Below, in pieces: positions 29,561 through 39,523 of a stretch of DNA of 64,000 nucleotides; position 1 is the stretch's first letter; each line of letters opens with the position of its first letter. The translations under genes and the position numbers were made by a program. The notes under the pieces were generated by a model. It was not told where the DNA came from and ran no database searches. It was given only the letters and a program-made list of their open reading frames with translations. Source of the DNA: Candidatus Omnitrophota bacterium (GTDB taxonomy: Bacteria; Omnitrophota; Omnitrophia; Omnitrophales; Aquincolibacteriaceae); NCBI GenBank assembly GCA_043803685.1, contig JAZDJU010000123.1, forward strand, positions 14,673-78,672. The letters run 5' to 3'.

Positions 29561-29608
29561 TGTCAACATATTGTAGTCTTTTTTCATCACGCCCCCCACC
29601 TGTAGTGC
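29561..29608 (-). promoter_or_regulatory. Tandem NrdR boxes
   Basis: Minus-strand ctaCaAtATgTtGaca (29561-29576) fits acaCwAtATaTwGtgt; weaker gcaCtAcAggTgGggg (29593-29608) offset by 32 bp; directly upstream of nrdD. Confidence 0.65.
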
Positions 29609-29921
29609 GATAGGCGGTCAGAAGGCTGAAAAAGATTGGCCATTTGATTTAAGATCGGGTCAGAAACAACTTCTCGCGTGCGGCGCAAAAAAAATTCAGC
29701 GCCCAAAAAGATCCTCCGCTTTCACTCATGAAGGCAATGTTTTTCAAAACAAAGCGGATCACCGTCGCAAAAAAAACAGCGATCACGACAGCACGGATAA
29801 TATTCGCATCACAAAAAAGTTTCAAGAAATAATTATGGTTTTTTTCCGGAGAACTTTGAGGCGGGAATATTTTTTCTAAAAAAGTGCTTGAAAATCCAGG
29901 ATCTCTGTGAAAAAAAACGGG

Positions 29922-30635
29922 TCAGCAGGTCCCGGACGCTTTATCACGGATCATTTCGATCAAAAGTTTTGCGATCTCCCCGATCGGAACGCGCTCCGTA
30001 TTCCAAACCATATCGTAAAGAAGCGGGTCGCGGATGTCCTTATGAAAAAAAGTTTTTACGAGCTCGGCCTTCGCCTTATCTTTTTCATCGATCGTTTCAC
30101 GCGCCGCTTTTTCAGACAGGCCGAACGCGCTCATCATCCGTTTCACCCGCGATTCCATCGGCGCCTCGAGCCGGACATGGATGCCAAGAGGGAGATCGCG
30201 TGTTAAAAAGGAGCATCCCCGTCCCACCAGGATCACTTTTCCGTGAATGGCAAAAGTCCGCATCAACTGGAACATCTTTTTAACCACAAGGTCCTGCGAT
30301 GCGGTCCCGTGAATAAACTGGGTCAGAATGTCCTCCGCGTGGGAATGATATTCGGTCCGACGGAGAGACTCGACCAGGTCCTTGAGCTTGGGGTCCTGGG
30401 CGATCGTGTGGCAGAGCTCCTGATCGCAAAACTGCCAGTCCCGGAATAGAGGCTCCCCGTGAAGGGCTTGTATCTTTTCGGAAAGAAGCGTGGCGAGTAC
30501 CTGCCCGCCAGCTCCGGCCTGCCGGGAAATAGCGACGAAAGGAAAGCGACCTTTTTGAGGATCGATCTCAGGACCGTTCTTTTCGTGGTAATGAAGACTG
30601 TCGATGAATGACGCCAGTTTTTGGATCTCGGTCAT
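29922..30635 (-). CDS. Cytidylate kinase-like family protein
   Basis: VAISRQAGAGG, VILVGRG, HVRLEAP...R, D..R/K...DP..YD...NT. ATG 30635 after AGGAGG. Confidence 0.85.
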   Translation of the reverse strand: MTEIQKLASFIDSLHYHEKNGPEIDPQKGRFPFVAISRQAGAGGQVLATLLSEKIQALHGEPLFRDWQFCDQELCHTIAQDPKLKDLVESLRRTEYHSHAEDILTQFIHGTASQDLVVKKMFQLMRTFAIHGKVILVGRGCSFLTRDLPLGIHVRLEAPMESRVKRMMSAFGLSEKAARETIDEKDKAKAELVKTFFHKDIRDPLLYDMVWNTERVPIGEIAKLLIEMIRDKASGTC

Positions 30636-30674
30636 AAGTCCTCCTGAATTCATGTCATCCCCGAATGCTTTACT

Positions 30675-30757
30675 CGGCACTGGCTCTCATTAAAACTTTT
30701 ATTGAAAGCGAGTGCCGCACTAAACTTCCTATATGCTTCATAGGTTGTTCAGTGCGG
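30675..30757. repeat. 83-bp double-hairpin dispersed element, copy 1 (inverted copy at 63623-63705)
   Basis: Its reverse complement matches 63623-63705 in all stems (ccgcactgaac/gtttagtgcgg; cggcact/agtgccg); differences are concentrated in and next to the loops. Confidence 0.9.
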
Positions 30758-30831
30758 GGACCCAGCATACCGCTCTTTATGGATCCCCGCTTCGAACTTA
30801 CGGGGATGACGCCCTTAAAGAAACACGGGCG

Positions 30832-32976
30832 TCACTTCAAAATAATACGCGCGTCGATGACGCCGGCGCCCTTCCCCTCACCATAGACCATGAGCGGGTT
30901 AATATCGATCTCGTCAATCTCCGGATGGTCACAAGAAAGCTGGGACAAGCGCTTTAGACAATCGGCGATCGCCTCCAGATCCGCGGGAGGTTCGCCTCGC
31001 ACGCCTTCGAGCAGCTTGAACGCGCGGATGTTCCTCAACATATCGTGAGCGCTCAGTTCCCGGATCGGCGCCACGCGGAATGTCACGTCCTTCAGCGCTT
31101 CAACATAAATACCACCCAGACCGAACATCAGGATCGGCCCGAAATGAGGATCGCGTTTCATACCGAGAATAACTTCTCGTCCCTTGGGCGCCATGCGTTG
31201 CATGAACACGCCGTCGATCTTGGCCTTGAGCCGTTCGCCCACCGCCATAATGTCCCGGAAAGCGTGCTGAACATCATCCGCGGAATTCAAGTTGAGACGG
31301 ACACCGCCCACGTCGACCTTGTGGATGATCTGCTGAGAAACAACTTTCATGACGACCGGAAATCCGATCTTTACGGCCTGCTCCCAGGCGTCTTCAGCAG
31401 TCCGGACAAATGCCCACGGGATTACCGGAAACTCGTAAGCGCTGAAGATCTCCATCGATTGATGAATGGGAAGAAATTTCTGATTGTCTTTCAAGGCTTT
31501 TTCAATGACCGCGTCCGCGGATTGACGATCCACCTGGTAATGCTTCACCCCGGTCCGGGAACGACCTAGCCACTGTTGGTACTTGTTCATGGCCGCCAAC
31601 GTGCGCGCCGAATCTTCCGGGAAAGAACATTGAGGGATCATGTTCTCTTTAAGGACTTTGACTCCGGCCTCGACGTCGGCGTGTCCCATAAAACAAGCCA
31701 CGATCGTCTTATGAGACTCCTTGTCTACGTCGACGATCACCTTGGCCGTCGCTTCGGCCTCGGTCATCGCCTGGGGCGTCAAAAGCACCATCACGCCATC
31801 CACGTTCGGCTCCGCGATCACAGAGCGGAGCGCGTGCTCGTAGCGATCGTGCTGGGCATCCCCGATCACATCGACTGGATTTGAAAAATTCGAGGTGGGA
31901 GGAAGTTTTTCCTTAAGCTTCGCCACCGTCGCGGGGCTCATCTCCGCCATCTGAAGCCCGAACTTCACGCACGCGTCCGTCGCCATGATCCCAGGACCGC
32001 CCGCGTTCGTCACGATCGCCACGCGGTTCCCCTTCATCAAGGGTTGGTTCGCGAACACGATCGCAAGATTGAACATTTCCTGGGCCGATTCCATACGCAT
32101 CACGCCCGACTGGGCAAATACCGCATCGTAAACTTCATCGGCGCCCATAAGAGACCCCGTGTGGGAACTCGCGGCTTTGGCGCCTTGCGCCGTGCGACCG
32201 GACTTGATCACGAGGATCGGCTTGGGTTTGGCAATGTCCCCAGTGATCTCCCGGGCGAGTTCGATGAACTCCTGCCCTTTTCCGATATCCTCAAGATACA
32301 TCATGATCACGTCGGTATTCGGGTCGTCTTTCAGGTACTGAAGGATCTCAAGCTCCGTCACGTCCACCTTGTTGCCAAGGCTGATAAGTTTGGAAAGACC
32401 GATATTCTCACCGCGCGCGTAATCCAGAAGCGCCGTCGCGAGAGCACCGCTCTGCGAAATAAATGCGATATTCCCATTCTTTGGAATGTTCCCGGAAAAG
32501 CTCGCGTTCAGGCAAAGGCTCGGATCATTATTGATAAGCCCGAGGCAATTGGGCCCCAGCATGGCAATGCCGTACTTATCCGCGATACTCTTGATCGCCT
32601 TTTCAAGCTTGACCCCTTCGCCCCCGATCTCACGAAATCCGGCCGAGATCACGATCGCGGCCTTGGCGCCTTTCAGAGCGCAGGCCTCGAGTTCCGCGGG
32701 CACCGCGGCTCCAGGGATGATAAAAATGGCGAGATCCACGTTCTCCGGAAGATCCCCAGCGTTCGGCACACACTTCACGCCAAGCACGTCTGTGGCCTTG
32801 GGGTTGACGGGAAACACTTTTCCTTTATACCCGCCCTCCACGAGGTTCTTCATGATTGCGTACCCCACAGCCTCAGGACGCCGGGAGGCCCCGACCACCG
32901 CGATCGCCTTGGGTTCGAAAAGGGCCTTGAGATCTTTTTTCCTGGACGCTTCCACGGTTTCTAGGCTCATGGTCAT
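30832..32976 (-). CDS. Acetate--CoA ligase (ADP-forming), fused alpha/beta subunits
   Basis: AVVGAS, LGPNCLG, ISQSGA, SHTGS (phospho-His), TNAGGPG, NPVDVIGD, HKVDVGGV, EIDINPL. Confidence 0.93.
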   Translation of the reverse strand: MTMSLETVEASRKKDLKALFEPKAIAVVGASRRPEAVGYAIMKNLVEGGYKGKVFPVNPKATDVLGVKCVPNAGDLPENVDLAIFIIPGAAVPAELEACALKGAKAAIVISAGFREIGGEGVKLEKAIKSIADKYGIAMLGPNCLGLINNDPSLCLNASFSGNIPKNGNIAFISQSGALATALLDYARGENIGLSKLISLGNKVDVTELEILQYLKDDPNTDVIMMYLEDIGKGQEFIELAREITGDIAKPKPILVIKSGRTAQGAKAASSHTGSLMGADEVYDAVFAQSGVMRMESAQEMFNLAIVFANQPLMKGNRVAIVTNAGGPGIMATDACVKFGLQMAEMSPATVAKLKEKLPPTSNFSNPVDVIGDAQHDRYEHALRSVIAEPNVDGVMVLLTPQAMTEAEATAKVIVDVDKESHKTIVACFMGHADVEAGVKVLKENMIPQCSFPEDSARTLAAMNKYQQWLGRSRTGVKHYQVDRQSADAVIEKALKDNQKFLPIHQSMEIFSAYEFPVIPWAFVRTAEDAWEQAVKIGFPVVMKVVSQQIIHKVDVGGVRLNLNSADDVQHAFRDIMAVGERLKAKIDGVFMQRMAPKGREVILGMKRDPHFGPILMFGLGGIYVEALKDVTFRVAPIRELSAHDMLRNIRAFKLLEGVRGEPPADLEAIADCLKRLSQLSCDHPEIDEIDINPLMVYGEGKGAGVIDARIILK

Positions 32977-32983
32977 ATCCTCC

Positions 32984-35900
32984 TTACGCCGCTACCGGGT
33001 TCGGAGCATCCGTCCCGGGCTTCGATTGGGCCAAATACTCGAAGCGTTTCCACCGCGCCGTAACTTCCTTTTGCGCGATCGCGTAAAGCCGCTTGGCCTC
33101 TTCAGGGTTGCTCTTCATGATCATCTTGAACCGGTTCTCCAGCATCAAATACTGCTCGAGCGGGATCGTCGGAGCCTTCGAATCGATCATGAGCGGGTTC
33201 TCCCCCTTCTCAAGACGCCGGGGATCAAAGCGATAAAGGATCCACTGCCCGGATGCCACAGCGGCTTTCTGGTCCTGCAGCCCGTTGATCATGTTGATGC
33301 CATGCGCGATGCAATGACTATAGTCGATAATGAGCGACGGCCCGTCATAGGACTCGGCCTCCTGGATCGCCTTGAGAGTCTGCTGATCATTGGCCCCCAT
33401 GGCAATGGTCGCCACATAAATGTTCCCGTACGTCATGGCGATCATCCCGAGATCTTTCTTGCCGCCAGGTTTTCCACCCATCGCGAACTTCGCGGTAGCA
33501 CCGCGCGGTGTCGACTTCGACGCCTGTCCGCCCGTATTGGAATAAACCTCTGTATCGAGCACGAAAACATTTACATTTTTGCCCGATGCAAGCACATGGT
33601 CCAGGCCGCCATACCCGATGTCATAGGCCCATCCGTCACCGCCAAAGATCCAGACGCTCTTTTTGACAAGCGTATCCGCCAGGCTCAAGAGCTGGGCCGC
33701 ATCGGCGTCCCCGCTAAGCCCCGCCAGTTTCTTCTTAAGCGCCGCCACGCGTTCCCGCTGATCATAGATCTCAGCCTCGGTCTGCTGCGCGGCGCCGAGG
33801 ATCGGCTGAACGAGATCCGCTCCGAGCTTGTCCTGAAGCTTCACGAGAAGTTCGGAAGCATATTCCTTTTGTTTGTCGATCGCCATCCGGAATCCGAAGC
33901 CGAATTCCGCGTTGTCCTCGAAAAGCGAGTTCGACCACGCCGGCCCGCGTCCGTTGGCATCCTTGGCCCAAGGCGTCGTCGGCAGATTGCCTCCATAGAT
34001 GGAAGAACAACCTGTCGCGTTCGCGATCACGGCACGATCGCCGAAAAGCTGTGAGACGATCTTGATGTACGGTGTTTCCCCGCACCCCCCGCAAGCGCCC
34101 GAAAACTCAAAGAGCGGACGCATGGCTTGCTGCTGATTGATCATGCCGGTCTTCAGTTTCCGGCGATCATATTCGGGGATATCGAGAAAGAATTCCCATT
34201 TGGGAACTTCAACGCAACGAAGCGGGATCTGAGGCGCCATGTTGATGGCTTTTTTCTTGGGATCCGTCTTGCTCTTGGCCGGACAGGTATCCACGCAAAG
34301 CCCGCAACCCGTGCAATCCTCGGGAGCGACCTGGATCGTAAACTTCTGGCCCTTGAAATCCGGCATCTTCGCGTCCGCGGACTTAAATCCTTCCGGGGCT
34401 TTCTCAAGATATTTCGGATCATAGACTTTCATACGAATGACGGCGTGCGGACACACAAAGTTACACTTGCCGCACTGGATGCATATGTCCTGCTCCCATA
34501 CGGGGATCTCAAGCGCGATATTACGCTTTTCATATTGTGTCGTCGCGGTCGGGAACGTGCCGTCCACCGGCATCGCGCTCACGGGGATCGAATCGCCGCG
34601 GCCTTCGATGATCGCGCCCAGAACAGTCTTCACGAACGCCGGGGCGTTTGCCGTCACAGGGGCCAATCTCTTGAGTTTGCTATCCACAACCGCGGGAACC
34701 TTGACCTCATGGAGATGCGCAAGCGTCGTGTCCACAGCTTGAAGGTTCTGCTGAACCACATCCTCGCCCTTCTTGCCATAGGTCTTCTTGATGGATTTCT
34801 TGATCTCGTCGATCGCCTGCTCACGCGGCAACACGCCGGAGATCGCGAAAAAGCAGACCTGCATGATCGTATTGATCCTCATGCCCATACCACTTTCCGC
34901 GGCAACCTTGTAGGCATCGATCACATGGAACTTCAGTTTCTTTTCAAGGATCTGTTTCTGAACTTCGATCGGCAGGTTCGGCCAAACTTCCTCGGAGCTC
35001 CAGGGAGCGTTCAAAAGGAACGTGCCTCCGGGCACGATGTTACGAAGCATGTCGTACTTTTCAAGAAAAACGGTCTGGTGACACGCCACAAAATGCGCCT
35101 TACTAATAAGGTAGGGCGAATGGATGGGCTCAGGGCCGAAACGAAGATGCGACACCGTGATCGCGCCGGATTTCTTGGAGTCATAGACAAAATACCCCTG
35201 GGCGTAATTCTCCGTGTTCTCGCCGATGATCTTGATGGAATTCTTGTTCGCGCCCACCGTTCCGTCCGCGCCTAACCCATAGAAAAGAGCGCGCACGACC
35301 TTGTCGGATTCAATGGAATACTCAGGATCAAAAGGAAGGCTTGCCTGAGTGACATCGTCATTAATACCGACCGTAAAACCGTGTTTGGTCTTACCCGAGG
35401 CGAAGAAATCAAAGATCCCCTTCACCATCGCCGGCGTGAATTCCTTGGAGGAAAGACCGTAGCGACCCCCGTAAATCTTGGGCGCCTGCGTGAACTTCGA
35501 CCAGCCGTTCTGAGAAGCTTCCTGGAGTGCGGCCACGCAATCGAGATAAAGCGGCTCGCCGATCGCTCCCGGCTCTTTGGTACGGTCAAGCACGATCAGA
35601 TTTTTTGTGGTTTGCGGCAAGAGACTTACGAAACGTTTCACATCGAACGGACGATAAAGAGAAACTTTGAGACAGCCGACCTTCGCGCCTTTGGCGGTGA
35701 GGGCCTTCACGGTCTCCGCGGCCACTTCCACGCCGGACCCCATGATCACGATGACCTGCTCCGCGTCCTTGGCGCCAAGGTACTCGAAAAGCTGATACTT
35801 CCGTCCGGTGATACTTGCGAACTTGTCCATCGCCTGCTGAACCATGTCCGGGCACGCGGTGTAGAACTTGTTGACCGTTTCACGGCCCTGGAAATAAACG

Positions 35901-36607
35901 TCCGGATTCTGCGCGGTGCCGCGAAGCACGGGACTGTCCGGCGAAAGCGCGCGGGCACGATGCTCCATCACTTTGGCCATGTTGATCATGCCTCGAATAT
36001 TGTCCTCAGATAGAAGGCTGATCTTCTGAACTTCGTGCGAAGTACGGAAACCGTCAAAGAAATGAAGAAAAGGAATGCGGGACTCCAGGCTTGCGGCCTG
36101 AGCGATGAGCGCGAAATCCATCGCCTCCTGAACCGAATTGGAAGCCAGCATCGCGTAACCGGTCTGGCGTACCGACATGACGTCCGAGTGATCACCGAAG
36201 ATCGAAAGCGCCTGGTAAGCGAGTGAGCGAGCGGAAACGTGCATGACCATGGAGGTAAGTTCCCCCGCGATCTTGTACATATTCGGGATCATGAGAAGAA
36301 GTCCCTGCGACGCCGTAAAGGTCGTCGTCAAAGCGCCGCGCTGAAGCGCGCCGTGCACCGCGCCGGCAGCTCCGCCTTCGCTCTGCATTTCGGCCACGGA
36401 CGGAACCGTTCCCCAAATATTCTTTTTACCCTGGGATGCCCATTCATCGGCCCATTCCCCCATGTTGGAGGATGGCGTGATGGGATAAATGGCGATACAC
36501 TCGTTGACGCGGTACGCGACATAAGCGACCGCCTCGCCGGCGTCCATGGTAACGAATTTTTTGCTGACGGATTTCGCTTCGGATTTTTCCAGGGTCTGTT
36601 CAGGCAT
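32984..36607 (-). CDS. nifJ: Pyruvate:ferredoxin (flavodoxin) oxidoreductase, homodimeric type
   Basis: YPITPSS, MQSEGGAAG, FDGFRTSHE, GADGTVGANK, two CxxCxxCxxxCP clusters, GACGGCGETPY, GGDGWAYDIG, DTEVYSNTGGQ. Confidence 0.97.
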   Translation of the reverse strand: MPEQTLEKSEAKSVSKKFVTMDAGEAVAYVAYRVNECIAIYPITPSSNMGEWADEWASQGKKNIWGTVPSVAEMQSEGGAAGAVHGALQRGALTTTFTASQGLLLMIPNMYKIAGELTSMVMHVSARSLAYQALSIFGDHSDVMSVRQTGYAMLASNSVQEAMDFALIAQAASLESRIPFLHFFDGFRTSHEVQKISLLSEDNIRGMINMAKVMEHRARALSPDSPVLRGTAQNPDVYFQGRETVNKFYTACPDMVQQAMDKFASITGRKYQLFEYLGAKDAEQVIVIMGSGVEVAAETVKALTAKGAKVGCLKVSLYRPFDVKRFVSLLPQTTKNLIVLDRTKEPGAIGEPLYLDCVAALQEASQNGWSKFTQAPKIYGGRYGLSSKEFTPAMVKGIFDFFASGKTKHGFTVGINDDVTQASLPFDPEYSIESDKVVRALFYGLGADGTVGANKNSIKIIGENTENYAQGYFVYDSKKSGAITVSHLRFGPEPIHSPYLISKAHFVACHQTVFLEKYDMLRNIVPGGTFLLNAPWSSEEVWPNLPIEVQKQILEKKLKFHVIDAYKVAAESGMGMRINTIMQVCFFAISGVLPREQAIDEIKKSIKKTYGKKGEDVVQQNLQAVDTTLAHLHEVKVPAVVDSKLKRLAPVTANAPAFVKTVLGAIIEGRGDSIPVSAMPVDGTFPTATTQYEKRNIALEIPVWEQDICIQCGKCNFVCPHAVIRMKVYDPKYLEKAPEGFKSADAKMPDFKGQKFTIQVAPEDCTGCGLCVDTCPAKSKTDPKKKAINMAPQIPLRCVEVPKWEFFLDIPEYDRRKLKTGMINQQQAMRPLFEFSGACGGCGETPYIKIVSQLFGDRAVIANATGCSSIYGGNLPTTPWAKDANGRGPAWSNSLFEDNAEFGFGFRMAIDKQKEYASELLVKLQDKLGADLVQPILGAAQQTEAEIYDQRERVAALKKKLAGLSGDADAAQLLSLADTLVKKSVWIFGGDGWAYDIGYGGLDHVLASGKNVNVFVLDTEVYSNTGGQASKSTPRGATAKFAMGGKPGGKKDLGMIAMTYGNIYVATIAMGANDQQTLKAIQEAESYDGPSLIIDYSHCIAHGINMINGLQDQKAAVASGQWILYRFDPRRLEKGENPLMIDSKAPTIPLEQYLMLENRFKMIMKSNPEEAKRLYAIAQKEVTARWKRFEYLAQSKPGTDAPNPVAA

Positions 36608-36821
36608 GTGATGATCCTTTGGTTTCGAGGTTTAGGATGTCATTTTTAAGATATCAAAAAATCGCGTCCACGCAAAACACACGAATCGCTTACAGCTTCC
36701 GACTTACCGTCCTCCGGATATTCCAAAAATGAGGCCTGGAACGAGGGACTTTGAAAGGCTTTCTATGTCGTTCGGGGGCACGCTGACGGGCCTTTCACCA
36801 AATTCACGACTCGTGTGGGGC

Positions 36822-36850
36822 ATTGTATGATTTTACGGAGTTATTTTCAA
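36822..36850 (-). promoter_or_regulatory. Sigma70-type promoter upstream of the PFOR operon
   Basis: Minus strand TTGAAA-17 nt-TACAAT. Confidence 0.55.
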
Positions 36851-36859
36851 GGGAAAAGG

Positions 36860-36932
36860 CGCGGAACGAGAAACGTGGAACGTAAAAGTCTTTTTCTTTT
36901 TATTTTCGCGTTCAGCGTGCCCCGTTACCCGC
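36860..36932. repeat. Heptamer-periodic hairpin element (g.gaacg)n/(cgtt.c)n
   Basis: Same family as 39440-39505, in opposite orientation. Confidence 0.7.
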
Positions 36933-36987
36933 CTTTCAGACTCGTTCAATCCTTGCATTAAAAGACCGTATTGATTAGTATCCGTTC

Positions 36988-37380
36988 ATGTCCCACGACA
37001 CGATCAGCCTTCTTCAATTCATGGTCTGCAAGGATTTCGAGCCCGGCGAACAGGACTGCTATACCGCCAACCTCGTCCGGAGCAATCTTCACGTGCCTTC
37101 CTTCCCCTACCATTTCGACCAGCTGTACGCGGTCACCTGCTGGCGCAAAGACAAGATGTTCCACAAGGAAGTGATCGAGTATGCCACCGAGGACGGACAG
37201 GTCCTCAAAACACCCCCCATGGACATTGAGCCCGTCACCTCAAGCGTACTCTTCCGTTGGCACAAACATGCTTTTCCGGCAGACCTTGAGATCCAGAAAG
37301 ACGGCCTGCTTCACATTCGTGTCATCCTGGATTGGAAAGTCCATTTCGAGTCGTATCTCATGATCGAGAAGCGACCCTAG
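36988..37380 (+). CDS. Hypothetical beta-rich protein (130 aa)
   Basis: Clean ORF filling the gap between two intergenic repeats; codon usage like neighbouring core genes. Confidence 0.7.
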   Translation: MSHDTISLLQFMVCKDFEPGEQDCYTANLVRSNLHVPSFPYHFDQLYAVTCWRKDKMFHKEVIEYATEDGQVLKTPPMDIEPVTSSVLFRWHKHAFPADLEIQKDGLLHIRVILDWKVHFESYLMIEKRP

Positions 37381-37462
37381 TGACTGGCATGATACTTGCA
37401 ATTGGTCATTGCGGACAAGATGTCCCTACGCTCCTTCGCAATGACAAACTAAGGACTCAAAC

Positions 37463-38707
37463 ATGACCCATCACGACTGGTTGCCACAATTCTGGATGAC
37501 ACTCCCCTTCATAGGGCTTCTTCTTTCGATCGCACTCCTCCCGCTCACTGCGCCCAAATTCTGGCACTCGCTCAAAAATCAAACCCTTGTGGCGCTCTTC
37601 TTTTCTCTACCGGTCGTTTATTTATGCCTTGTTCACAACCCCCATCTGCTTTTTACCGGCTTGGAACATTACCTTTCGTTCGTGATCCTGCTGGGCTCCC
37701 TCTTCATCGTCTCGGGGGGCGTTTGTATCACCGGCGATCTGGTCAGCACGCCACTCGCCAATACTCTGATGCTCGCAACAGGCGCCGTCCTCGCGAACTT
37801 CATCGGCACGACCGGAGCTAGCATGGTTTTGATCCGGCCACTTCTTTTTGCGAACAATTACCGCAAACACCATATTCATATCCCGATCTTTTTTATCATG
37901 ATCGTCAGCAACATCGGCGGTCTGCTTACGCCTCTCGGGGACCCCCCTTTGTTCCTGGGATTCTTATTGGGCGTCCCTTTTTTCTGGACCTTAAGCCTTT
38001 TCCCGTTCTGGGTTCTTGCGGTCGGGATCCTTCTTGCTGTATTTTTCGTGATCGATTATCGGGCCTTCGACCATGAGACAAAAAAACTGCAACGTGAAGC
38101 CCGCTCGGATAAACCGGTCCACATCAAAGGACTCCGGAATGTGGCCTGCTTAGGGATCATCATCGCTTCAACGCTCTGGGCCCCGCAACCTTACCGGGAA
38201 ATATGGATGGTGGCGGCCGCGCTCATCTCTCTTAAGATAACACCCAAGACCTACCATCAGGCCAATGGCTTCACCTTTGACCCGATCACAGAAGTAGCCG
38301 TTTTATTCCTCGCCATCTTCATTACCATGGAACCCGCGCTCGAGATCCTTTATTTGCGGGGAGCGGAGCTTGGCATCACACAGCCGTGGCAATTTTTTTG
38401 GGCCACCGGCGGATTCTCTTCCTTTTTGGATAATGCACCGACCTATTTGACGTTCATTTCCTTGGGACAAGGTCTGAAATTAGCGGGCCCCCATCTCAAT
38501 CTACCGGAAAACATTCTCACGGCCATAAGCGTGGGAGCCGTGTTCTTTGGCGCTATGACCTACATTGGAAACGCACCCAACTTTATGGTGCGCTCGATCG
38601 CCCAACATCGCGGTTGGAAAATGCCGAGTTTCTTTGGGTATATGCTTTGGTCGGGGCTCATTTTATTACCCCTCTTTGGTTTGATCACTTTTGTTTTTTT
38701 TCGGTGA
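37463..38707 (+). CDS. IT-superfamily membrane transporter (putative sodium:proton antiporter)
   Basis: GTTGASM, SNIGGLLTPLGDPPLFLG, SSFLDNAPTY, GAMTYIGNAPNFMV, MPSFFGY. Confidence 0.88.
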   Translation: MTHHDWLPQFWMTLPFIGLLLSIALLPLTAPKFWHSLKNQTLVALFFSLPVVYLCLVHNPHLLFTGLEHYLSFVILLGSLFIVSGGVCITGDLVSTPLANTLMLATGAVLANFIGTTGASMVLIRPLLFANNYRKHHIHIPIFFIMIVSNIGGLLTPLGDPPLFLGFLLGVPFFWTLSLFPFWVLAVGILLAVFFVIDYRAFDHETKKLQREARSDKPVHIKGLRNVACLGIIIASTLWAPQPYREIWMVAAALISLKITPKTYHQANGFTFDPITEVAVLFLAIFITMEPALEILYLRGAELGITQPWQFFWATGGFSSFLDNAPTYLTFISLGQGLKLAGPHLNLPENILTAISVGAVFFGAMTYIGNAPNFMVRSIAQHRGWKMPSFFGYMLWSGLILLPLFGLITFVFFR

Positions 38708-38728
38708 CCTAAAATCTACTTTCCACGC

Positions 38729-38838
38729 CAGACGACAGACCACAGACTGTAGACCAGAGTAAAAACAAAAACTTAAACGAGGATTTCGCCTCTGGGTTTT
38801 TGAACTGCAGGCTTTAGTCTTAGGTCTGCAGTCTACGC
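38729..38838. repeat. Heptamer-periodic hairpin element (cagac..)n/(gtct..)n
   Basis: cagacgacagaccacagactgtagac ... gtcttaggtctgcagtct; same unit as the in-frame copies at 25426-25484 and 60361-60470. Confidence 0.7.
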
Positions 38839-38840
38839 TG

Positions 38841-39107
38841 CTACTGCCCGTAAATCTCCCGCCGGTGGCCAATACGAAGAATGGTGAGTACCGTTCCGTG
38901 GATCTTGTAAATAACACGCCAGTCCCCGACCCGAAGTTTCCAATAACCTTTCAAGGTATGCCGAAGAGGCGCTCCGAACTCATGAGGGAAAAAGGCTAGC
39001 TTTTGCTCGATGGCCCTGCGGATCCTGTGTTTCTCCGTAGCGCCGATCCTGGGCAGGTCATTCCGGACAACGTCGGGATGGTAGAAGATCTCGAACCGTG
39101 GCTCCAT
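38841..39107 (-). CDS. RelE/ParE family toxin
   Basis: DLPRI...RIRRAIEQKL...P...G.PLR..LKGYWKLRVGDWRVIY.I...IGHRREIY. Confidence 0.9.
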   Translation of the reverse strand: MEPRFEIFYHPDVVRNDLPRIGATEKHRIRRAIEQKLAFFPHEFGAPLRHTLKGYWKLRVGDWRVIYKIHGTVLTILRIGHRREIYGQ

Positions 39108-39118
39108 AGGCAGGATAC

Positions 39119-39349
39119 TTACGAACCCCAAACGTCCCGGTGACGGACCGGCTTCTTTTTAGAAAGAGACTTCTCCCGTTCCGCCGCACTCTTGGCCCAA
39201 TACGTATCTTCATGAATAACCAATGCCTCACGCAGAAGATCGCGGGCAACGAGCGACATGGACAAGCCTTCCTTTTTGGACATTTTATAAAGAGTTTCGT
39301 AGATCGAAGGCTCTAGGACAACATTAAGCCGCGGTTGTTTTGTAGACAT
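39119..39349 (-). CDS. Ribbon-helix-helix antitoxin
   Basis: MSTKQPRLNVVLEP...SMSLVARDLLREAL..HED...AAERE...RHRDVW; AAGGAG RBS; directly upstream of the toxin; palindrome atcac-aa-gtgat at 39380-39391 is a possible operator. Confidence 0.85.
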   Translation of the reverse strand: MSTKQPRLNVVLEPSIYETLYKMSKKEGLSMSLVARDLLREALVIHEDTYWAKSAAEREKSLSKKKPVRHRDVWGS

Positions 39350-39523
39350 GAGGGGCTCTCCTTTTTCTAAGCGAAGTGTATCACAAGTGATGAACCCTGG
39401 CAAGCCTCTCCCTCAAACTAAAAGCCAGAGGCTGCAGAACCCGGGGAACGGTTAACGGGAAACGGTGAAAGCAAATCTTTTACGTTACCCGCTCCACGTT
39501 CCCCGGCCGATCAAAGAACGGCG

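Noticed and set aside
30675..30757. Double-hairpin element as a c-di-GMP riboswitch or integron attC site
   Set aside because: Lacks the GEMM consensus and RYYYAAC/GTTRRRY ends; orientation to the downstream gene differs between its two copies.
32044..35275. Long plus-strand ORFs (306, 522, 382 aa) opposite acetate-CoA ligase and PFOR
   Set aside because: Antisense shadows of GC-rich, codon-biased genes; no recognisable motifs.
36610..36820. Riboswitch (e.g. TPP) in the PFOR leader
   Set aside because: An inverted repeat is present (tgaaaggc/gcctttca) but no TPP or other riboswitch core motif was recognisable.
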